DNA of 36,120 nucleotides from a virus: IMG/VR virus record IMGVR_UViG_3300045988_120383; one strand, written 5' to 3'. How positions within the stretch are numbered: the stretch's first letter is position 1; each line of letters begins with the position of its first letter. The notes beneath the pieces were generated by a model, which did not search any database, was not told where the DNA came from, and saw nothing but the letters and a program-made list of their open reading frames with translations. The translations under genes were made by a program, and so were the position numbers. Shown in pieces: positions 9,775 through 18,145 of the stretch.

Positions 9775-9816
9775 TCATGGATTTATGATAACATAATTTT
9801 ATTTATAAATCCATGA
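9775..9816 (-). promoter_or_regulatory. 12-bp inverted repeat spanning the gpT stop and abutting the moron RBS; its loop holds a possible extended -10 (TGtTATCAT)
   Basis: tcatggatttat (9775..9786) pairs with ataaatccatga (9805..9816). The 18-nt AT-rich loop contains tgttatcat on the - strand. There is no U tract, so this is not a terminator. Confidence 0.3.
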
Positions 9817-10413
9817 GGGATTCCACTTTTTTCTCCTCTTCAAATATCATTCGTTTCATTTTGTAGTTATGCATCCGTTTAAACTCTTTGAAGAGATCCG
9901 CCCACTTTCCGAAATACATGTGGGCGATCTCTTTTTCTGTGTATCCGATCTGCATCCCTGTAAATATAACCCACGCAAAGTTTATTCTTTCCCCTTCTCC
10001 TTCCTCTGCGTGGTTTTCGGGTTTTTTCTCCTGAAACACCTTGCGAACTCTGCGTGTAAAATTTCCGCTAATTCCTTCGGTGCCATATCCACCTTCCTGG
10101 TTAATGTTTTTCCTGAGACTTCCTGAATCTCCTTTCCATTTTCCCGTTCGATCTCGATTCCTTCCTGTACCATCCATTCAAGCGCATCACGCAGCGTTTC
10201 TATTTTTGGTTCTCCGTAAAATCCGACGAGTCTTCCTTCCTCATTTCTTTTATATTCCCCGTTTTCATCCACGGCTGGGGTAAATCCGTTTAGCCCGTTT
10301 TCAAATTCCGACAAGTCCTCGTATTTATCCTGTATCCTTTCCAATACGAGAATATCACACTTGATCGGATATTTTTCTCCTGATAATTCAATGTAATTTG
10401 TCTTTTCAAACAT
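9803..10413 (-). CDS. Tail assembly chaperone frameshift fusion (gpGT-like, -1 PRF)
   Basis: The overlapping ORF 9803..10177 is in the -1 frame relative to 9982..10413. Slipping at AAAAAAC gives ...RRKK/PENHAEEGEGERINFAWVIFTGMQIGYTEKE... Confidence 0.7.
9982..10413 (-). CDS. Tail assembly chaperone (gpG-like)
   Basis: 143 aa, positioned between the major tail protein and the tape measure gene. It ends just after an A_AAA_AAC slippery site. Confidence 0.75.
   Translation of the reverse strand: MFEKTNYIELSGEKYPIKCDILVLERIQDKYEDLSEFENGLNGFTPAVDENGEYKRNEEGRLVGFYGEPKIETLRDALEWMVQEGIEIERENGKEIQEVSGKTLTRKVDMAPKELAEILHAEFARCFRRKNPKTTQRKEKGKE
10021..10027 (-). promoter_or_regulatory. -1 programmed ribosomal frameshift heptamer A_AAA_AAC
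   Basis: The - strand reads AGG AGA AAA AAC CCG. The heptamer has the X_XXY_YYZ form in the zero frame and lies 13 codons before the gpG stop. Confidence 0.65.
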
Positions 10414-10434
10414 GTTGCTGCTCCTCTTCTTTTC

Positions 10435-10989
10435 CTACAATTCTTCTACTTTTCCGAATTTTGTGTTGATCCATTTTAATGCATCCTCGCTCGTGTCGAA
10501 CGCCTCGAAATCTTTCCAATCCCCGTTCTCGTTCGCAATCGCCCTACCTGTAATCGACGGGGTTTTGTATTCGATCGAATCACCTTTTGTGCTGTAATCC
10601 TCCGACGGTTCTGAAAACTTTACTTTATACAGTACGTTTCCAATAAACTTTCTCACGCCGTCCACCTTTTCCACGGATATCCAACCCATTCCGACATATT
10701 TCGCCTGATCGTCTTTATTAAAGGTTGCGCCCGTTTTTCCTTCATTTACTTTGTGTCCGAACATTTTTTCGTGCGCCTCGATCGGGATTGTGCTCGTATT
10801 CAATGTTACTTCTGCGTAATTAAATTCTTTGTCATACTCCACTTGTGCGTCGTCCGCGTTCAAACTTCCTTCTGCGTAGTTCGGCGTTACCTGCAGCCCG
10901 ATTGCCTTTCCAAATGCAAACGGCTCTCCGTATACTTTCGCTCCTGTTATTTCTGCAATAATCGGTTTTCTTAATCCTACATATGCCAT
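10435..10989 (-). CDS. Major tail protein (phi13-family-like), paralogue 1
   Basis: 184 aa beginning MAYVGLRKPIIAEI..., with GKAIGLQVTPNYAEG. Position is canonical, upstream of the chaperones. Confidence 0.75.
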   Translation of the reverse strand: MAYVGLRKPIIAEITGAKVYGEPFAFGKAIGLQVTPNYAEGSLNADDAQVEYDKEFNYAEVTLNTSTIPIEAHEKMFGHKVNEGKTGATFNKDDQAKYVGMGWISVEKVDGVRKFIGNVLYKVKFSEPSEDYSTKGDSIEYKTPSITGRAIANENGDWKDFEAFDTSEDALKWINTKFGKVEEL

Positions 10990-11000
10990 ATTTTTTCCTC

Positions 11001-11546
11001 CTAAATTCCTGCCTTTTCATCAATCCAAGCATCTGCTTCCGCTTTGCTTGTAAAACGTTTCTTTGTTCTCCAGTTTCCGTTATAATCCGGGGTTGCCGTT
11101 CCCTTTACACTTGGGGTTATATATGTGATTGCATCTCCCTTCGTTTCATGGGTCTGTCCTTCTTCCCGGAATAAAACTTTATGTATCCAATATGCGACGT
11201 AACTCGTCGCTCCTGCGATTACTTCTCTCGTTACAATCCCTAATCCGATCGGACTTGCCCTATTGTTTTGATTCGCTATCGTTTCATCGGCATTGATTTC
11301 ATACCCGAACATAACCCCTTCTGAATGTTCTGACATTTCGCTTATTTCGAGCGTTATGTCCGCGCTTCTTATTTCTTCCGCCGGATCTGTTTCGTTTATG
11401 TCTTGATAGTCACTTACGTCCTCATAATTCGGCGATATTTCATATTTTACAGCTTTCCCGAATCTTGTTCCGTTTTTGTAGGACACCACTCCGTCTCGTT
11501 CCTCATAGACCGCAATCACCGGGTGCGCCAAGCCTACATATGCCAT
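11001..11546 (-). CDS. Major tail protein paralogue 2
   Basis: ATG at 11546 (TAATG overlap, RBS GGAGGAAG) gives MAYVGLAHPVIAVY..., with GKAVKYEISPNYED and TKGDAITYITPSVKG. It is collinear with paralogue 1 (TKGDSIEYKTPSITG). Confidence 0.7.
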   Translation of the reverse strand: MAYVGLAHPVIAVYEERDGVVSYKNGTRFGKAVKYEISPNYEDVSDYQDINETDPAEEIRSADITLEISEMSEHSEGVMFGYEINADETIANQNNRASPIGLGIVTREVIAGATSYVAYWIHKVLFREEGQTHETKGDAITYITPSVKGTATPDYNGNWRTKKRFTSKAEADAWIDEKAGI

Positions 11547-11923
11547 TACTCTTCCTCCGTATAGCATTCAATGCATAAATGATTGTAGCCTGTTTCTTTT
11601 TCGTAGTTTGTGTAAATTCCCGTAACGGTAAAGCCGTTCTCTCTTAGCTTTTTTTGAGTTTCCTTTCGCATTCCTATATAATTCCCTTTCGTAAAAACAT
11701 GTATTTGCATGTGTTGCACCCAGTCTTCATCTGCATCATCTGCATAATACCCCGGTTCTTCTATTTCCGGGTTGTATATCGCATAGGTGTCCGGTGCGGA
11801 ATCGTATGGGCATTTTAGCGGCCACACATTCCCGCTGAATAACTCTCCGATCGCTTGTTCTATTTTTTCATTTACACTCACTTTGTCACCTCGTTGAATT
11901 TCTGTTGCATTATCTTTAAACAA
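11546..11923 (-). CDS. Tail terminator / tail-tube connector candidate
   Basis: ORF between the gp10-like protein and the major tail proteins. The ORF-track start is a TTG at 11923. The alternative GTG at 11881 forms a GTGA overlap with the upstream stop and has a GAGGTG RBS. Confidence 0.4.
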   Translation of the reverse strand: MFKDNATEIQRGDKVSVNEKIEQAIGELFSGNVWPLKCPYDSAPDTYAIYNPEIEEPGYYADDADEDWVQHMQIHVFTKGNYIGMRKETQKKLRENGFTVTGIYTNYEKETGYNHLCIECYTEEE

Positions 11924-12288
11924 TCGCTTTCGGATGATTTTATCGCGGGTGATATGACGGGTCGAGCCTGTTGTTTCTGTGTTCCGTAGTTTAGGTACGC
12001 AAGTTTTTCATTGTTCCGAACACCTTTTTTGTCTTTTCCTTCCGCTGTTACCATCACATAATGACCGTACACGTTTTTTCCCGGTTTCTTCGCTTTGATA
12101 CTATCTTTCAAGTCTCCCGTCGCATACCCTTTATTCGCCGCTTTTGACACTTGGTTTTTTAACTCTTTTTCGAGCGTTGGCGCTGCCGCGTTTAAAAGCT
12201 CCGGCGCGTATTCGTCAATGTTCCCAAGTTTTTCCAGCTCTCTTGCAAATTCATCAAATCCTATCGGCTGAAATCCCATTACCCACAA
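11878..12288 (-). CDS. HK97 gp10-family tail completion / head-tail joining protein
   Basis: 136 aa with GVRNNEKLAYLNYGTQKQQARPVISPA, typical of gp10-family proteins. An ATG at 12279 (TAATG overlap) is an alternative start. Confidence 0.65.
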   Translation of the reverse strand: MWVMGFQPIGFDEFARELEKLGNIDEYAPELLNAAAPTLEKELKNQVSKAANKGYATGDLKDSIKAKKPGKNVYGHYVMVTAEGKDKKGVRNNEKLAYLNYGTQKQQARPVISPAIKSSESDCLKIMQQKFNEVTK

Positions 12289-12590
12289 ATCACCTCCATC
12301 TTTGCTTTTCCCGTCTTATATGTCCTCTTTATTTCGTAAACTCTTCCGTCGTGTTCTACTTTCCTTGCATATTCTGTTTTGCCGTTTACGGTGTGTCTTG
12401 TCTGTTCCCAGTCTTCCTGTCGGATTTCAAAAACCGCCTCTACTTTCACGCCCGCTCTCATGGACTCATAAGCTTCTTGTCTCTTTACGGATTTTTCTCG
12501 ACAATATGCCTCGTATTTCTGGCTTTTAGATATCGGAAATCCGTCTTTGTCTTTCGTAATTGTCTCCCATACTAATTCAAGCGTGTCCAC
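12279..12590 (-). CDS. Head-tail adaptor / head closure protein
   Basis: 103 aa, with size and position typical of the SPP1 gp16/Phage_H_T_join class. The tail sequence is HDGRVYEIKRTYKTGKAKMEVICG. Confidence 0.55.
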   Translation of the reverse strand: MDTLELVWETITKDKDGFPISKSQKYEAYCREKSVKRQEAYESMRAGVKVEAVFEIRQEDWEQTRHTVNGKTEYARKVEHDGRVYEIKRTYKTGKAKMEVICG

Positions 12591-12591
12591 C

Positions 12592-12885
12592 TTATTCTCC
12601 TTTTTCCTTGCCGTAGTCGCCCGATAAACTCATTGCGTCCCGCAGCGCTCCGAATGCAGTTCTGAAGCGGTCTGTGTCTTCATCGTATCCGTAATTCCCT
12701 TTGCAATACAGTACAACCGCCTGATAGTATGTCGGGTCTGATTCATCTCCGTATACTCCTGCTAGTTCGAGTTCTTTTCTGCACGAGAGGACAAGATCCT
12801 TGATCTCATCCTCCGCCGCTTTTGACATCGCTCGCACTCTTGCTTTTAGTTTTTGTATTAAATCCTCATTCACTTCCCGATTCAT
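12592..12885 (-). CDS. Head-tail connector (gp6-like, Phage_connect_1)
   Basis: 97 aa with AEDEIKDLVLSCRKELELAGV...YYQAVVLYCKGNYGYDED, typical of the QLRG/gp6 connector family. It is the first gene after the capsid block. Confidence 0.6.
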   Translation of the reverse strand: MNREVNEDLIQKLKARVRAMSKAAEDEIKDLVLSCRKELELAGVYGDESDPTYYQAVVLYCKGNYGYDEDTDRFRTAFGALRDAMSLSGDYGKEKGE

Positions 12886-13006
12886 TCAGCGCCTCCAAAA
12901 GCTCGTTTTTCGTCATGCTGCTATATCTTTTTATCCCTGCCAGCTTTGCGGCCTTTTTCAACTCTGCCGCCGTAGTTTTTTCTTCGTAAACAACGTGATT
13001 TTCCAT
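12866..13006 (-). CDS. Small Rho_N/SAP-like domain protein (46 aa; not in the ORF track)
   Basis: ATG at 13006 with a TGATG overlap on the capsid stop. MENHVVYEEKTTAAELKKAAKLAGIKRYSSMTKNELLEALNESGSE matches the T..ELK..AK..GI...S.M.K.EL..AL motif. Confidence 0.5.
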   Translation of the reverse strand: MENHVVYEEKTTAAELKKAAKLAGIKRYSSMTKNELLEALNESGSE

Positions 13007-14214
13007 CACGCCGAATACTTTTTTGTTATAGTCACAAGTGAATTCAGATCAATCGCTTTTCCGTCACAAATCATAACCGCTTTTGTGATCTGGTCTTCTG
13101 TTTCGTCATCCTCGTAAGTTTTTACACGCATCGCATAATTTGTATTGTACATATAATCCGACCAGTCAAATAAAAACGCTACAACCGTATCTGCTTTCAA
13201 TGATGCGTCTAAACTCGGCATATATTCGTTCAAAACAACTCTTCTGCCCAATAACGTTCTTTCCGGCGTTCCGTTAATGCCGTAATTCGTTCTCGCGATC
13301 GGTTGTCCGTTCGCGTCGGTCATTCCCACGAATTTCATAAACGTTTTTTTCGTCATGTTCCAAACCGCGCCGTTTTCGTAGGCGAGCGGGAGCGCCGCCT
13401 CTGCATCAATCAGCGTTTTGTATCCCGGCTCTGCTTTTGCGTCAATGTCCACGTTCTGACCTGTTATAACCGTCTCTTTTAAGACGCCTTTCGGCTGACC
13501 CGATCCCATTCCTGTGATAAATGCTTGTTCCTGCGCTTTCACCATCGCTTCTGATACGCTTTTTACAAAGACCGTTTCAAAGACTTTCAAGGACATCACC
13601 GATGTTTCGAGTGTCATCGAAATCGCGCATCTTAATTTGTATCCCTTGATGTCAATCTGTCCTGTCGTCTTCTTCTGTTTGTCCGACGTTTCGCCTTCTG
13701 CAACCCAGGTCGCAACCGGTTTTACACTTGACGTCGGGATTGTCGCCCCTGCCGGATATGCCGTTTTTGTTACCAGTGGAACGATCATTCCGATTGTTTC
13801 CATTTTTTCAATAATCTGATTAATAACCGTCGGAGAAATAACCGCGCCTACATCTGTTGTTTTTGTGTTTTCATTCGCGTTCGTGAATTTCTCCGGGATC
13901 GCGATTCCTCTCGTCACATAATTCATAAACGCTTTCCTGTATTCCTCGGTATCATACATATTTTCTTCATGTTCTTTTATTGTGTTTGTGAAATTCATTT
14001 TTTCACCTGGTGTTCCGAGCATGCTCATCGCCTGCGGTTCTTTATTTAACGCGTTAAAATTCGCCTGCGCTTGCGCAATCGTATCCCATGCGTCATCGAG
14101 TTCTTTCACTTCGTCCATTTTCGCTTCCGCCTCTGCTGCTTTCCCTTGATCCAGTAAAGCCTGTGCTGCGTTCATCAGTTCCGCTCTTTTTTCTTCGTAC
14201 TGCTTTTTTCTCAT
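13006..14214 (-). CDS. Major capsid protein, HK97 family
   Basis: 402 aa with an N-terminal coiled-coil delta-like domain (KRAELMNAAQALLDQGKAAEAEAKMDEVKELDD). It follows the ClpP-like protease and the portal. Confidence 0.9.
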   Translation of the reverse strand: MRKKQYEEKRAELMNAAQALLDQGKAAEAEAKMDEVKELDDAWDTIAQAQANFNALNKEPQAMSMLGTPGEKMNFTNTIKEHEENMYDTEEYRKAFMNYVTRGIAIPEKFTNANENTKTTDVGAVISPTVINQIIEKMETIGMIVPLVTKTAYPAGATIPTSSVKPVATWVAEGETSDKQKKTTGQIDIKGYKLRCAISMTLETSVMSLKVFETVFVKSVSEAMVKAQEQAFITGMGSGQPKGVLKETVITGQNVDIDAKAEPGYKTLIDAEAALPLAYENGAVWNMTKKTFMKFVGMTDANGQPIARTNYGINGTPERTLLGRRVVLNEYMPSLDASLKADTVVAFLFDWSDYMYNTNYAMRVKTYEDDETEDQITKAVMICDGKAIDLNSLVTITKKYSA

Positions 14215-14903
14215 CGTTTTTCTCCTTTTAATTTTAAAAAATTTAATTTTTGCTGTAATATAAAAACGGATTCATCTTTCGACGTCTCCGTTTCTTTCAT
14301 TGCTTTTCTTGCTTTTTCCATTGCTTCTTGTGACGGTAATTGAAAACCGTGTCCTGCTGCCAATATTTCTCTCTCCGACTCCTCAAACATAATTGCATCA
14401 ATCAATCCTCTTTCTTTTGCTTGTTGTGCTGTAAGCCATGTTTCCGCCTCCATCATTTCAATGACGTCTTCTTCGCTCATCCCTGTTTTTGCAATATATG
14501 CCGTGCTTAAAGCTTTATCCGCTGTTCTTAATACTTCCGCGACGTGTTCCATGTCGCTGTGATTCCCTCTCGCCCCTGTGCTTACGCAGTGCACCATCAT
14601 AAGAGACGTCGGTGTCATGGAGCAATGTCCGGCCATGGCGATAATCGACGCCGCGCTGCAAGCTTGTCCGGTAATAAAGATTTTTACGTTATCCTGCTGC
14701 CGCAAAAGTGTGTAAATCTCTGATCCTGCATCAATTACGCCGCCCGGAGAGTTAATGTAAACCTCAATTTCATCCCCCGGCTGTACTGCGTCAATTACTT
14801 TTTGTACATCTCGTGGGCAAGTGCTGTCTTCTTCCCACCAGTCGTAAAACCATTTGTAATCGTTCGGGATGATTGCGCCTCTTATATCGATCTTATGTTT
14901 CAT
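14211..14903 (-). CDS. Prohead maturation protease (ClpP/S14 family)
   Basis: Motifs INSPGGVIDAGSEIY, QACSAASIIAMAG (Ser) and LMMVHCVSTGARG (His). ATGA-type coupling to the capsid gene. Confidence 0.9.
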   Translation of the reverse strand: MKHKIDIRGAIIPNDYKWFYDWWEEDSTCPRDVQKVIDAVQPGDEIEVYINSPGGVIDAGSEIYTLLRQQDNVKIFITGQACSAASIIAMAGHCSMTPTSLMMVHCVSTGARGNHSDMEHVAEVLRTADKALSTAYIAKTGMSEEDVIEMMEAETWLTAQQAKERGLIDAIMFEESEREILAAGHGFQLPSQEAMEKARKAMKETETSKDESVFILQQKLNFLKLKGEKR

Positions 14904-16155
14904 CTTCTTTCACCTCTTTCTCTTTTAACAACATGACCATAACTTGTGTCATAGCCGCGTAGTTTTCTGCGTTCATTTTGTTCAGACAGTCTTTTAAAAG
15001 ATTTACAACTTGCGTGTCAAGTCGCCTGATCGGCTGATCTCCTCCCGGTATCGGTGTCATGTTCATTGTTTCGCGCCATTCGTTCGGCGTCATTGCCCCG
15101 CGATCTACCATCGCCTGAAACGCAAGTTTTGTCGTTAGGCTGGCGCACTGCAGATTATTTGCTTCAAAAACAATTCGATTCCCAAACCCTCGTTCTTTTC
15201 TTGAGAAGATCCCAACTGTATATGTTTGATGCATCTGTACGACAATCGGCTCTATTTCTGCTTCGTAATATGCCGTCCACTCGTTTTCCGTGTAATCGCT
15301 TTGCACGATTTTTTTATTTGTGTTAAAAAACGAATAGATCCGTTCTATCGTCCGATCTGTTTGCGCTGCGTTTGGTACATAGTCTTTCGGTTCAATTCTT
15401 TGTACGTCTGCTTTTGCATCTACTCCCGCCGCTCCAAAGGTATCTGTTTCCACTGCTAAATAATTCTTAACGAATTTTTCTACATTGCTTTTAATGTCTT
15501 CGTCTCGCATGGAAGTTTTAAAATTTAAGAGCCATCTTACAACGCCGCTGTTTTTAATCGCCCTTATAATTCCCCGGTCAATCGTCCCTATTACATCCAT
15601 CATAGGCGCGATCGCTTCCACCGGACTTTCTCCGAAAATGTCGTTTTCGTTGTAATCTTGTTTCAAATGAATGATATCTTTGTACGGAAACGTTCCGCTT
15701 TTCCCGTTTCTATACTGGAATTTTAAAAACAATTCTCCTGTATCGTTATACTTTGTTTCTACTATTGTGCATGGTATCGGGTACATCTGTATCGCTTTCC
15801 CGTTTTCATCCCGTACAATTAATATAAACGCATTATTGTTTAGACAAAGCTGCGTCGCCACTTTCTCCTGCATCTGCTGCGCCGTCATATATGGGTTTGG
15901 TTCTGACAATAAAAAACGGATATTTGCATCCGGGTTGACTTTCAGTCCTCCCGCCGGATCATCTCGGATGTGTTTCCCCGTAAGTTTTCCAATCGCCTTT
16001 ACTTTCGGACGTATACACGCCCTCACGATGTCGCTTTCATATAGTTTTCCGTTCCATGCATAGTGTAGTTCGCCTGTAGTTGTTACCATCTGCAGCACAT
16101 TCTTTTCTTTTTTCGCGGTCTTTTCTGTTGGTTCTCTCTTCCAAAATGGTTTCAT
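14893..16155 (-). CDS. Portal protein (HK97 family)
   Basis: 420 aa, lying between TerL and the protease. Size and order are typical. Confidence 0.85.
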   Translation of the reverse strand: MKPFWKREPTEKTAKKEKNVLQMVTTTGELHYAWNGKLYESDIVRACIRPKVKAIGKLTGKHIRDDPAGGLKVNPDANIRFLLSEPNPYMTAQQMQEKVATQLCLNNNAFILIVRDENGKAIQMYPIPCTIVETKYNDTGELFLKFQYRNGKSGTFPYKDIIHLKQDYNENDIFGESPVEAIAPMMDVIGTIDRGIIRAIKNSGVVRWLLNFKTSMRDEDIKSNVEKFVKNYLAVETDTFGAAGVDAKADVQRIEPKDYVPNAAQTDRTIERIYSFFNTNKKIVQSDYTENEWTAYYEAEIEPIVVQMHQTYTVGIFSRKERGFGNRIVFEANNLQCASLTTKLAFQAMVDRGAMTPNEWRETMNMTPIPGGDQPIRRLDTQVVNLLKDCLNKMNAENYAAMTQVMVMLLKEKEVKEDET

Positions 16156-16172
16156 ATTCCCTCCGTTTGCAT

Positions 16173-16197
16173 AAAAATAACGCCTACTATGGCGTTA
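16173..16197 (-). terminator. Intrinsic-terminator-like hairpin between terL and the portal gene
   Basis: The - strand reads taacgcc-atagta-ggcgtta followed by TTTTTAT. The stem includes the terL stop codon. Confidence 0.4.
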
Positions 16198-17886
16198 AAT
16201 TAATGACATATATTCGTTATAATTATTTTGCAGCACTACATACGCGTCGAGCAGCGCCGCCGTTCCGTCAATCCTTCGTCTCGGCTTACTCGTTTTAATC
16301 GGCTGAATATTGTCGTTTCGATCGATATCTACAGCCGTGTTGCAGAGACACCACTTGTCTACCGGATTGTTATTGTATACGATCAAATTGTTTTCCAAAT
16401 CCGCTCCCAAGTTCTTCATCGGCTGTGATAGCGTCTTTTTCCCCTGTATTATCGGGATCATTGCCGCTTTCCCGAAGTATTCCTGCATATCCTCTACAAA
16501 GTAAGCCGCGCTCCATGAATCGTAACCGATCATATTTATGTAGATATCATATTTTTCTTGAATCTCTACAAACCAAGCTTTGACATCTTTGTACGATATC
16601 TTGTTCCCTTTGCACGTTCTTACATATCCTTTTTCAATCCATATATCATAGGGGATCTTATCCTCTGTGATCCTTTTTTCCACAAGGTCTTCCGGTATCC
16701 AATACATAGAGAGTGTATAAATTTTTTCGCTTTCAGGGATCTTAAACAGTACTTTCGCCGCTGTTAAGTCTGTTGTTGATGACAGGTCTACTCCTCCGAC
16801 TCCGTATCTTGGTTTTAAGTCTTCTACGCTGAATGTTTCCGTGTTGTTTGCCTGCTCAAATGTCAGCCATGCTTCTGACGATGTTTCACGGATGTTGAAC
16901 TCTTTGCATAGCAAGTTTTTTACAAGTAGCGGATTTTTCTTTGCTTTCTCCACTTTATCCTTAAGGGTCTGTTTATTTTTGATCGTCCCGAGTCCCGGAT
17001 TCGCTTTTTCCCAGCAACTCTCATCCGTCCACTCTTTTCTGTTGTCAATCTCGTAAATAAATGCAATGAGATGTTCGTCTTTGTATCCTTCCGGGTCGTC
17101 GTATCCGTTGATGACCATTTCCGCTTCGTCATATTTTTGGTCGTAGATATCTTCTCTGATTGTTCCCGCTGTCGATGTAATATACACAAGCGGCTGTTCC
17201 CTCGCAGACACTCCGTCCGCCATGATGTCATATAGCGCTTTTCCTTGCTTCCATTGATGGATCTCATCCATTAGCACACAATGTATATTTAACCCGTCCA
17301 GTGTGTCGCTGTCGGACGCTAGCGGTTTAAAAACTCCATCGTTAAAATCTGTATCCAGTTCCGCCACGAGCGATCTGACTCTTTTACTTAAAGCCGGTGA
17401 TTTTCTAACCATTCTTTTTGATTCAAGCCATATAATTTTACTTTGATCCTTTTTCGTCGCCACTGCATACACTTCCGGTCCCATCTCTCCGTCCGCGGTC
17501 AGCATGTACAGACCTACGATTGACGCTAACAACGACTTTCCGTTCTTTTTTCCTACAATGAGGATCGATTCTCTGTATTTACGATTTCCCTCGATATCGA
17601 TAAAGCCAAATACTGTTGCCAAATGTGCTTTTTCCCATAACTCCAGCTTTACGCGTTTTCCGCCGCATTTTCCTTTTGAGTGCCTGCAAAAGTTTTCTGC
17701 AAACTCTAATATGTGATTTCCTCGCTTGGGGGAGTAAAAATATTCTCCAGGGTATTTTATATCTTTTACGACTTTTTTGTATGTCCTGCGTATCTTGTCA
17801 CCTACATTGATATTACCTTTTTCTATTTCCTCCCAGTATTCCAGGATCGGATTATATGCGAGCGGATATTTAATCATCTCTGCCAT
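16195..17886 (-). CDS. terL: Terminase large subunit (Terminase_1 family)
   Basis: 563 aa with Walker A VGKKNGKS and Walker B VLMDEIH. Its start overlaps the terS end. Confidence 0.92.
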   Translation of the reverse strand: MAEMIKYPLAYNPILEYWEEIEKGNINVGDKIRRTYKKVVKDIKYPGEYFYSPKRGNHILEFAENFCRHSKGKCGGKRVKLELWEKAHLATVFGFIDIEGNRKYRESILIVGKKNGKSLLASIVGLYMLTADGEMGPEVYAVATKKDQSKIIWLESKRMVRKSPALSKRVRSLVAELDTDFNDGVFKPLASDSDTLDGLNIHCVLMDEIHQWKQGKALYDIMADGVSAREQPLVYITSTAGTIREDIYDQKYDEAEMVINGYDDPEGYKDEHLIAFIYEIDNRKEWTDESCWEKANPGLGTIKNKQTLKDKVEKAKKNPLLVKNLLCKEFNIRETSSEAWLTFEQANNTETFSVEDLKPRYGVGGVDLSSTTDLTAAKVLFKIPESEKIYTLSMYWIPEDLVEKRITEDKIPYDIWIEKGYVRTCKGNKISYKDVKAWFVEIQEKYDIYINMIGYDSWSAAYFVEDMQEYFGKAAMIPIIQGKKTLSQPMKNLGADLENNLIVYNNNPVDKWCLCNTAVDIDRNDNIQPIKTSKPRRRIDGTAALLDAYVVLQNNYNEYMSLI

Positions 17887-18145
17887 TTACAAAACCTTCA
17901 AACCCATCATCTTGCGGCGGTGCATTTTTTTCTTGTTCTTTTGGTAATAAATCTGTAAGTTGTTTTATGATCGCGGAATAGTTTTTTATCATCGTGTTAT
18001 AGATTTCGACCTCCGAGCATTTCTTTATCCCTTTTTGATTCGCTCCGTTCTGGTATTCTTCTGTGTATCCTTTTTCGTTTATGATTTTTCTTAGTTCGTA
18101 TAAAGACGCTGCCATAAACGCCGCCTCATCCACAAGCGATTCCAC
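17870..18145 (-). CDS. terS: Terminase small subunit (P27 family); N-terminus uncertain
   Basis: The annotated GTG at 18145 has no RBS. The frame stays open upstream to 18283 (KDGVNYNEKSKDDIIKAEKRKLAGIYTRLDKKTKKS) with no canonical start. An RBS-preceded ATG at 18249 is one frame off, across a G4 run (18244..18247). Confidence 0.7.
   Translation of the reverse strand: MESLVDEAAFMAASLYELRKIINEKGYTEEYQNGANQKGIKKCSEVEIYNTMIKNYSAIIKQLTDLLPKEQEKNAPPQDDGFEGFVNGRDD

Noticed and set aside
16920-17267. 115-aa basic ORF nested in terL, together with + strand ORFs 16228..17056.
   Set aside because: These are alternate-frame or antisense shadows within a gene that has intact Walker motifs.
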